Origin: a virus
Lineage: Duplodnaviria > Caudoviricetes
Strand: one strand, 5' to 3'
Virus record (IMG/VR): IMGVR_UViG_2910903598_000004
Coordinates: 32,001-96,000 of that record
DNA length: 64,000 nucleotides
Numbering within the stretch: the first letter of the stretch is position 1; each line of letters opens with the position of its first letter. Shown here piece after piece: positions 29,186-37,900 of the stretch. The position numbers were made by a program, and so were the translations under genes. The notes below the pieces were generated by a model, which saw nothing but the letters and a program-made list of their open reading frames with translations, was not told the DNA's origin and did not search any database.

Positions 29186-30649
29186 TTACAGTTCTTTGAT
29201 TGAGATTCTTGGAATCCAGTCTTCTTCTACCGCTTTAATCTTGTCCTTTGGGACACAAGACAGTAAAGCTGAATCTTTCGCTAATGCCATGTCAATGATC
29301 CAAAAATCTTCTCCATTCTGCATCACATCAATGGACCACTGCCCTCTTAAATCTAAAAATGGTAACAGTTTCATGATCTCTCTTTGAACTTTCTCTTTGT
29401 TCTTCTCGTATCGTTCCATTAATGTTTTCTCATGTGCTGCATAGATCACATAGTCATGCACCATATCTGGATTATTTGCATCCGCTTCTTTTCCAAATCG
29501 CTTTTTCATGACATCCGGATCCCAGTATGGATTGATCCCTAACACTTCTTTTGTATCTGCATCAATAAATACACGATATTCTGTATGTAGTGGTAATCCT
29601 TTGTAGATACATGGATTGTTTTCTTTATCCTTAATGAATTCTCTAACGACCCACTCATTTGTTGTTGCTGCACCATATATACTTGGCTGGTTTCTTCCAG
29701 AAAGATCATAGTGTGCAAAACAACTTGCCTGAAAACTGATGAATAGTAAATATTCTCCGATCTCTTTGACTTCTTTTGCGTCATGAATATAAGCATTCCG
29801 AAAATCAAATTTAGAAGAAAAAACACCAGTTTTGATAAAGTATTCTTTCGTTTCGTCTAATTCAAAAGCTTTCTGGCAAAATTGATCAATGATCTGAAAA
29901 GTCGTAGATGACAATTCTGTATATTCCATTCAACTCATTTGTAATACCGGCAATGGAACTTTCATGATCTTTGTCTTTGGCAGCTGAAAGAAATCAGAAT
30001 AAAAAATCGCATTTACTAATCGTGGAAACCAGTTTCCTATGGAATTCTGACAACGATCTAAAATTGCATAGCTGATTCCATCCAGATCTAACATATCTAA
30101 TCCCTGACGAAAATGGTCATAAAGAAACCTTTTTTTTCGTGGATCTTTTGTATTCAGATACTGCTGATATTGCTCTAACAATGCATCTCCCGTACCATCA
30201 GAAAGACTTTTTTTAACATATCGTCCAGTCAGATCAGGTCTTAACTCTTTTGGCAGCTCATTGATTTCTTCAAGTGTTACTTCTGAGTTTTCTGGAACTT
30301 TAACTGTTCTCGTTTGATTGCAAGAATAGATATTTCCATATGTAAATCCTGGTTTTCCGTCATATTCATAAATGAGGGCTTGATCTAAAAGCTCATTCAC
30401 GATCCGGTCAATCAAATCTTGAACTTTTCCTTTCCCATGTACATCCTGTTTTGGATTTAAACTTGCAGCCTGCTTTGCATTGACTTTGAAAAGGTTGTCG
30501 CTGATCGGCTCATTCATGGAATGTAGCTGATAGGATTTTTCAAATGCCTTTAAGGCTTCTGGTGTAACCCTTAACATTTCTGCGAGTTTTTCTTTGGACA
30601 TAATTGCTTTTTTCATATCTTTATTAAAAATATTTGATAAATCTAACAT
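29186..30649 (-). pseudogene. ATP-grasp-like protein interrupted by an in-frame TGA at 29930-29932
   Basis: ...VPLPVLQMS*MEYTEL... same frame, no RBS for the second half; FIKTG..S.KF, WVVREFI, EYRVF, WSIDVM..G..FW.IDM. Confidence 0.7.
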
Positions 30650-30662
30650 AAATTTTCTCCTT

Positions 30663-31667
30663 TTATTTTTCAAATCTGATTTCCATAGCTTTTGCTAATG
30701 CATAGCCAAACTCCTGATTTGCACCTGGACTTGTTTCCCATCCTTTTAACATGTAAATGATGTCACAATCCTTTAACAACTGAAAAGATAATCTCATGTA
30801 ATCTTCATAAGAAGCGTTTTCTAATTTTGTCCCTTCATATGCAGGATTTACAACTTCATATCCTTGTGCCAAAAGTTCTCTCGCTGCTACATCAAATCGT
30901 TCCTGATAATCTTCTGTTTTTGTAATCTTTCCAGAGATATAGACTTTCCGGTTCTTCTTGCTAAAATCAACCGTATGTAAAATATCAAACAGTTTTTTTA
31001 TTTCTGGACTGCAATCTGTAAATAAATCCATTGGAGACGTTTCAATTAGCTTTACATCCTTATCATACTTATCCGCGTATTTTTGCAGATAACGTACGCC
31101 ATCTTTGTAAGTTAAGAAAAAGATCCCTGGACGCTGATATAATTCTTTTATGTAATATCTTAATTCTGCATGATGATATGTATATCCCATAACCCATTCT
31201 ACAATTGCAAGCAATCCATTCTTTTGGATTTTTTCTAATGATCCTTCCCATAACATAGTTTTGCCTATATCGTTTTTTCCATGAATCAAGACCTTATAAT
31301 TGTTAATCAACTCTACCTGATACTTTTCTTCGAGTGAATTATCCTTAATAATACTCTGAATCGTTTGATATAATTGCTGCGGAGTTGTTATATTGATACA
31401 ATCAATACATAAATCTGCTCCATCAGCAATCTGATTTAGATATTCTACTGCATCCGGATCATTTCTAAGATCAGTCTCAACATTGTCGAGATAATTTTTG
31501 ATTGGTTCTTGAATAACCCAGATACGTGGATAAGTCAGCATGTCGGAATGTTGGGTATTCATTTCTTTCTGCAGTTCATACAAAAAATCCAATTCTTCAT
31601 CTGTGATACGATGCTTTGCATATGGATCAGTATGATGTGGATATTGTGTAAATTCTTTCTTTAACAT
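30663..31667 (-). CDS. Hypothetical N-domain fused to DUF4406 (nucleoside deoxyribosyltransferase-like) C-domain
   Basis: KVYISGKIT....Y.ERF..A...L...GY.VVNP...YM......L..CD.IYML.GWE.S.GA..E..YA. Confidence 0.8.
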   Translation of the reverse strand: MLKKEFTQYPHHTDPYAKHRITDEELDFLYELQKEMNTQHSDMLTYPRIWVIQEPIKNYLDNVETDLRNDPDAVEYLNQIADGADLCIDCINITTPQQLYQTIQSIIKDNSLEEKYQVELINNYKVLIHGKNDIGKTMLWEGSLEKIQKNGLLAIVEWVMGYTYHHAELRYYIKELYQRPGIFFLTYKDGVRYLQKYADKYDKDVKLIETSPMDLFTDCSPEIKKLFDILHTVDFSKKNRKVYISGKITKTEDYQERFDVAARELLAQGYEVVNPAYEGTKLENASYEDYMRLSFQLLKDCDIIYMLKGWETSPGANQEFGYALAKAMEIRFEK

Positions 31668-31681
31668 AATTTTTTCTCCTT

Positions 31682-31948
31682 TTAAAATTCTTGAGATGGT
31701 TTAGTCTGATATGGATTTGCTGCTTTTGCTCTTTCCTTTATAATTTTAGAAAGAGTCGTATCATCAATATTTCCATACTGACTTATATCTCTTGCGATCA
31801 TTAAGTCACTCTTAATTTCGTGATATAAATTGTCTCCATCGTACTTGTCTCTAGCATAATATAATACATTGCAAAGTTTGACTAATTCATCAGAACTTAG
31901 AGTAACTGTTACTTCTCTGTCATTTTTTGATATATTTTGAATATTCAT
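31682..31948 (-). CDS. Hypothetical protein
   Basis: 88 aa; SD displaced by element C. Confidence 0.7.
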   Translation of the reverse strand: MNIQNISKNDREVTVTLSSDELVKLCNVLYYARDKYDGDNLYHEIKSDLMIARDISQYGNIDDTTLSKIIKERAKAANPYQTKPSQEF

Positions 31949-32024
31949 TGTAAATAAGCAAAAATCCCCAAACCTCTAAGGTCGGGGATAAATTTGCTCT
32001 CGCTATTAAGCGAGCCTCCTTTCT
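31949..32024 (-). other. SD-two-hairpin-ATG element C with a typical IS200/IS605 end hairpin
   Basis: AGAAAGGAGG CTCGCT-TAAT-AGCGAG AGCAAATTTATCCCCGACCTTAGAGGTTTGGGGATTTTTGCT TATTTACA ATGAA. Confidence 0.7.
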
Positions 32025-32050
32025 ATAAAATGTAATTTTTACTGTCAATC

Positions 32051-32362
32051 TCAACTTTTTGCAACTAACACTGCTTTTGTTGTCTGACTATAATATCGTT
32101 CCTCTACTTGTTGAGTAATCTTTTTAACAGCTTCTTCCATCATTTCAGCAGTATCATCATTTGTTGTATTCAAGATATATTCAAATTCATCGACTACCAT
32201 ATCGAAGTCATCATCTGTCATTTTATTATAAACATCTTTTGAGGCGAATCTCTCTATCATAAGTTTTCCTTCTTCAATATGTTCTTGGCGATGTAATTCA
32301 CGAATCACATCTTCCGTTAAAACAACAGTTTTCCCATTTACTTCTAACTTTCTTATTATCAT
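32051..32362 (-). CDS. Hypothetical protein
   Basis: AAGGAG RBS, 103 aa. Confidence 0.7.
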   Translation of the reverse strand: MIIRKLEVNGKTVVLTEDVIRELHRQEHIEEGKLMIERFASKDVYNKMTDDDFDMVVDEFEYILNTTNDDTAEMMEEAVKKITQQVEERYYSQTTKAVLVAKS

Positions 32363-32405
32363 GATTTTCTCCTTCTTATTTTTATACCTAGAAACCTACA
32401 ACTCT

Positions 32406-32726
32406 TTAGTTAATTGACTCAGGCTTAAGTTTATCAATATAATAAAATTCTTTAATATTTTGATAATTTTCCTGCTGCCATTCTTCTGATGTTCCGTATG
32501 GGGTTACATGCTGTTCAGAATCAATATATCTACATAAATATCCCTCAAATTCTAACGTATAAGACCAATTTGGAATTTCATCATAAGCTTCTTCCGTAAA
32601 TAATGCACAACTTTCTTTTTCCAGCTCTTTTAGACGTTTGGAAGGTGCGTTTGTTTCAAAAATAACTAATTCTCCATCCATCTCTGGACTATCAGATAGT
32701 GCAATCAGACGTGTTTTATCTTTCAT
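32406..32726 (-). CDS. Hypothetical protein
   Basis: AGAAAGGA RBS; IFETNAP resembles IFKTDAP in 28222..29109. Confidence 0.7.
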   Translation of the reverse strand: MKDKTRLIALSDSPEMDGELVIFETNAPSKRLKELEKESCALFTEEAYDEIPNWSYTLEFEGYLCRYIDSEQHVTPYGTSEEWQQENYQNIKEFYYIDKLKPESIN

Positions 32727-32785
32727 TTAATTTTATTCCTTTCTAATTCAAATCAGCTAAGACTCGTGAAAAGCTTATTACATTA

Positions 32786-33601
32786 TCATTTTTCAGTTCT
32801 CTCTAAATAGTTTTGTAATTCATGTAATTGAGACAGCGAAAAGTCCTTTTCACGAAGCCCTCTCGAATGAATCTCTAATATTAATTTTGTTTTCTCAATA
32901 TACTTTTCAGCATCTTCTCTTGAAGTGCATAGGACTCTATTTCCATAATCGGCTTCTTTAATACCAAATTCTGTATCTCTTTCACCATCTAACATAAAGT
33001 TTAGCAAGTTGTCTATCCGTTCTGATGCAACTTCTACTTTGACATTTTTCTGGTTTTTCTCACGAATCATACCTTCAAGGATTTCATAAGCAGGTCTGTC
33101 ACAAGAGCGAAGATAAAGTTCGCTAAGATATGTATTATCAGAAACAAGCCATACATGTTGTCCATTATAGAAGTTTTTCTCAACTTTTTTTCTCTGATCA
33201 CGTTTTGGAAAATCATATTTTTCAAAAACTGCCTTATAACCAAGACTTTTCCAGTAATTGATCATATCTTGTTGAATTGTTGAAAGTTTGTACCAAAGTA
33301 TATAATCTAATTCCATTTCAAAAGATTCATATGTGGATATACTATAATAAATCTTTTTATCCTCTAAATCAAAACTTGATCCTCCAATAATAATTTCAGG
33401 AAAATTTTTAATATCCATTTTCAATGGATGGATATTATAAGCTTCTTTTAGTAATTCCCAGTCTTTTAAATTATTGACTTTGAAATATGTGTAATTAGAA
33501 ATATCATTTGAATTGGTAATCATTGGAACCAAATGAAAATCTTTAATGATTAATTGGTCTGCTAATTTTTTCTTCTCTATTTTTTCCTTGTAAATTCTCA
33601 T
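32786..33601 (-). CDS. Hypothetical two-domain protein
   Basis: C-terminal VLCTSREDAEKYI...LSQL similar to 23291..23728. Confidence 0.75.
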   Translation of the reverse strand: MRIYKEKIEKKKLADQLIIKDFHLVPMITNSNDISNYTYFKVNNLKDWELLKEAYNIHPLKMDIKNFPEIIIGGSSFDLEDKKIYYSISTYESFEMELDYILWYKLSTIQQDMINYWKSLGYKAVFEKYDFPKRDQRKKVEKNFYNGQHVWLVSDNTYLSELYLRSCDRPAYEILEGMIREKNQKNVKVEVASERIDNLLNFMLDGERDTEFGIKEADYGNRVLCTSREDAEKYIEKTKLILEIHSRGLREKDFSLSQLHELQNYLERTEK

Positions 33602-33668
33602 AACATTCTTCCTTTATTAAATAAAATAATTCAAAAACTAGGCAGTAATTTTTGCCCGTAAATTTCAC

Positions 33669-34076
33669 TCATACGATTAATTCTAGTTTTTCTCCAAATA
33701 CGTCTCCATGAGGCAATTTGCCAAGTTCTTCATTCTGACTGATCCGGTACCAGTCTATTCGATCTTTGAAACAACTTGTTAGAAATTCTGAGAAATTCCC
33801 ATGAAAATCATCCTCAAAATCGGATAAATCTGGTTCTGCAACTGTTCCAGAAATATATGTTGCTCCATGTCCATCTACAAATTTTTGAATATTTGTCAGA
33901 TAAACAACATCGTCTCCATTGATCGTTTTTACAAGTTTCGCATAGATTTCCAGCAGCTCTGCTTTCTTCGCATGAACAGGAAATTCGAAATGTAACAGAT
34001 TTAACTCGACATCACCGCATGTATAATTATGCCATACAGTTTCAAAAATTTTTTCATACGTATTAACAAGATTCAT
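33669..34076 (-). CDS. Hypothetical protein
   Basis: 135 aa, ATGA overlap with the upstream gene. Confidence 0.7.
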   Translation of the reverse strand: MNLVNTYEKIFETVWHNYTCGDVELNLLHFEFPVHAKKAELLEIYAKLVKTINGDDVVYLTNIQKFVDGHGATYISGTVAEPDLSDFEDDFHGNFSEFLTSCFKDRIDWYRISQNEELGKLPHGDVFGEKLELIV

Positions 34077-34624
34077 TCTTCTTCTCTCCTTTTGTATTCC
34101 ATAAATTCTTTGACTTCTTCTTCCGTCATAAGCATGGCACTTTCTGATAATTCTTGAATATGATTCCCTATATTGTCAATCATTCTTCTTGGAATAGGTT
34201 TATTTGGAAGTATGGATTCTATCCAAAGATTCCATAACATATATTCTGAAGGATTGCACAAAGTATTATTTCTTATTAACAATGCATACTTGATCGCTCC
34301 ATCACATTGTATATCAATAAGTGCTTTTCCATCATTATCATCTTTCCAATAATCTCCATATTTATTTAAAATATCAGTAATGATAACAACGTCGCCCAGA
34401 TCATATTTTGTACCAAGAATACGGATAAATTCTTTTTGATTCCATAATAAATATTGCCCAAAACCACAATTATTTAGATCCAAATGTTTTTTTAGCCATT
34501 CAATTGTATGGTATACTATACTAATCATTTGATCCCCACAATTCCATTTATAATATCTTGCGACAATCTCTTTTTCTCCGGGGTTCTTTTCAAATCTTAC
34601 AAAAATCTGTGATCTCTGCCCCAT
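34073..34624 (-). CDS. Hypothetical protein (MGQRSQI family)
   Basis: Start moved to ATG after GAAAGGAG; N.DGK..IDI...IKYA motif. Confidence 0.75.
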   Translation of the reverse strand: MGQRSQIFVRFEKNPGEKEIVARYYKWNCGDQMISIVYHTIEWLKKHLDLNNCGFGQYLLWNQKEFIRILGTKYDLGDVVIITDILNKYGDYWKDDNDGKALIDIQCDGAIKYALLIRNNTLCNPSEYMLWNLWIESILPNKPIPRRMIDNIGNHIQELSESAMLMTEEEVKEFMEYKRREEE

Positions 34625-34691
34625 AATTTTTCTCCTTTCCTTTTCTGTTGCAATTCTTTTAGTTTTATCAATTTTTTTCTCCTTTCTTTTG

Positions 34692-34857
34692 TAAAAATAA
34701 AAATGGGCATAAAAAGAAGCAGATACAAAATATCTGCTAAACTTTATGCCCAAATGATTGGTTATGAAATTTCTATTGATTTTTTATCCTTAAAAAAGTT
34801 CAGAATTTTTCTGTTAAAACTCCAAAGTCTAATAAAAAATACATTAGTATTATATCA
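34692..34857 (-). promoter_or_regulatory. Repeated promoter/structured leader, copy 6 of 8 (near-identical to copy 5)
   Basis: Same architecture; only scattered substitutions versus 27926-28091. Confidence 0.88.
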
Positions 34858-34935
34858 TATTCCAAAAAAATTATAAAGATTTTGTCGCAAAAAAATAAGA
34901 GCAGACAAATATATGCCTGCCCCTTATTTTGATTA

Positions 34936-37900
34936 TTACGCACTCAATTTCTGATTTAATTCAGATAATCGTGCCTGTTTCTTAATTAATTCACTTTCAT
35001 GAGGAAAATCAGGATTTAATTCCGTCTTTGCTGTAACAAATTTTCTGGATTCAAACTCTAATCTTCTCTTGAAAGTTTTTAATTCTTCCAATATTCCATA
35101 TTCAATGATCTTATCAATCTGATACATGATATTCGTACTGCCACTGAATTCAAATTCATAGTCATAATTACCACGAATAATCATTGTCTGATGACTGTAA
35201 ACTGACTTTCTATCAAGAATAATATCAAATCCTTGATAGCTGGCAATCTTTCGTTCATTCTTATAAGATGGTTGAATATTGTGGATTATTTTGTTAGCTT
35301 CTGCTCTTGTATCGGAATCATATTTATCTAAAACTTTGATATGGAAATCACCTGTATGATATTTTTTAGCAACTTCGATATCTTTTTCAATGTTTTCAAT
35401 ATTTTTCTTATACTGTTCAATTCTGTTTGGAGCAATCTTGCTAATATAAGACTCTAACTCGTAATATTGATTTAAGAAATTGTTTTTCTGCATTTTTAAT
35501 CGTTTTACTTGCTGCGTAAGTTCCATCTGTTCCTTGATTAATGGATTCCCACAGGCTGCTGCCTTAATTTCCGCAAACGATAATGTTAAATCATCTTCCT
35601 CCATACGTCTAGGAATGTTTTCTTCTGACAAAATCTGTCCAATATATCGCTGCTTGTTTTCCACTGTCTGCCATAAATAAGAGTCAAAGGTATTTTTCGT
35701 TACATATCGGTAAATGTAAACTTCTTTATTAAAGTTACCCTGACGGATAATACGGCCGGACCTCTGTGTAAGATCTGACGGTCTCCATGGACAATCCAGA
35801 TCATGTAAGGCAATCAATTTTTTCTGGAAGTTGCAACCAGTTCCCGCTTTATCTGTACTTCCTAATAATACACGAATAACACCTTCGTTTACCTTCTTGC
35901 AAAGATCAACTTTTTGTTTATTCGTTTTAGCACTATGGATAAAAGCAATTTCTCCTTCTGGAATTCCCCTTTCTATTAATTTAGCCTTTACATCATCATA
36001 AACGTTAAACTCTCCTTTCTTTGGCGTTGATAAATCTAAGAAAATAACCTGAGTTTTTCCAGGATATTTCTCATAAATATCCATGACCTGATTCACACAA
36101 TATTTTGCTTTAGAATTAAAGTTTTCTTCCTCAATTCCAACCAGTCGCTGATCTAAAGCTAATTTACGTCCTTCGTTTGTAACCTTGAGCATATTATCTT
36201 CTGATGGATCTACTCCACCGTCTCGAATGCGAGCTGCCCTGCTTGCCAAACCATCTACATATTTTTTCTGTTCATCAGAAGCATCAATGGAAATAGTCTC
36301 CATAACGGCATTCGGCACATCCATTTCTTTAATATCTTTGACCTTAATATCAGCCACTTCTTTAAAGATTGTTAATAACTCGGCCAATCCAACAAATCGT
36401 GTGAATCTTGTTCTGGCACGATACCCTGTTCCCTCCGGAGCAAGTTCCATGGCAGTCTTTGTTTCACCGAATGTCGATGCCCAGCTGTCGAATGAGTCAA
36501 TGCCAAGTTCTTTTAAGGTATTTAACTGCAAATAGCGTTGCATTGTGTATACTTCTGCCATACTATTTGACACGGGAGTACCGGTTAAGAATACAATACC
36601 TTTGTTTCGGCAATTTTCTTCCATGTACTGGCATTTCATGAACATATCAAAAGCTCTCTTTGAATTACTGCTGGTATTGATACCTGCAATATTATTCATC
36701 TTCGTTGTTAACAGCAGATTCTTGTAATAATGTGCTTCATCAACGATCAGCTTAGTAACACCCAACTGATCAAAGTAAATTACATCATCTTTTCTCTTGC
36801 TATCTTGTAACTTTTCAAGCTTGACAGAAAGTTTTTTCTTGGAACTTTCGATATTTCGTACTGTAAAGTTCTGCTCAGCAGAGTCTAACAGCTTATCTAA
36901 TTCTTCAATCTGTGCTTTAATATATTTTTCCTGATATTCAGGAGAAATCGGGATTTTTTGGAATTGTGACTGAGCAATAATGATTGCATCGTATGATCCT
37001 GTCGCGATTTTAGAACAAAATTCTTTTCTCTTGGCCGGAGTAAAATCGTTCTCACTGGACACTAAAATGTTAGCACCAGGGAATAATTTCATGAATTCTT
37101 CTCCCCACTGGCCTACTAATGGATTTGGAACAACAAATAAGTTCTTTTCAGATAATTTTAATCGTTTGGCCACCATAATTGCTGCAATCGCAGTATATGT
37201 TTTTCCGTAGCCTACTTTGTGCCCAATTAGTGAATTGTCTTTAGAAAATAGAATCCTCATGATTGCATCTTTTTGATGTTTATACAGTTTGATCTCGCTG
37301 TTCATATTTGGAACTTTTAAAAAGTCCCCATCAAATGTACGATACCTGATGGAATTAAATCTTTCATTATAAATGTTTTCAAGATCACAACGACGATCAT
37401 AGCTCTTAAAGATCCAAGAATGAAATACTTCTCTGATCTCATCCTGTTTGCCCATCGCAAGCGTTGTCTCTTTTGAGTTTAATACTTCTTTCTTATTATC
37501 ATTTTCATCACAAACCGTATCATAGACCTTTGCATCTTTTAAGTTTAAGCATTTTTCTAACAAAAGAAATCCATTAATTCGTTTTGTTCCATACGTAACC
37601 GCAGCTTTCTGGTTTGCAGAATCTCGATACCATTCGATATCCCAATGATCGGTCTCTTTAGTATAAGTAACACTCATACCATTTCCATTAAAATATTCTC
37701 GTGGAGTGTCAAAAACCTCAACCAAGAAATCTTCAATGTAATGAGCAGGAATCCATGTTGCACCAAGTTTTGCATCAATCTCTGCAGCTTTTAATGGCTC
37801 CGGCTGTGCTTCTTCCAATGCAGCGACATTGATATTATATTTTTTATCCTGTTTTGCTGCACACTTTGCAAATTCCAATTTCTTTCGAACATTGCCTGAT

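Noticed and set aside
29930-29932. Genome-wide TGA recoding or selenocysteine
   Set aside because: TGA serves as a normal stop in many neighbouring genes and only one such in-frame case was seen
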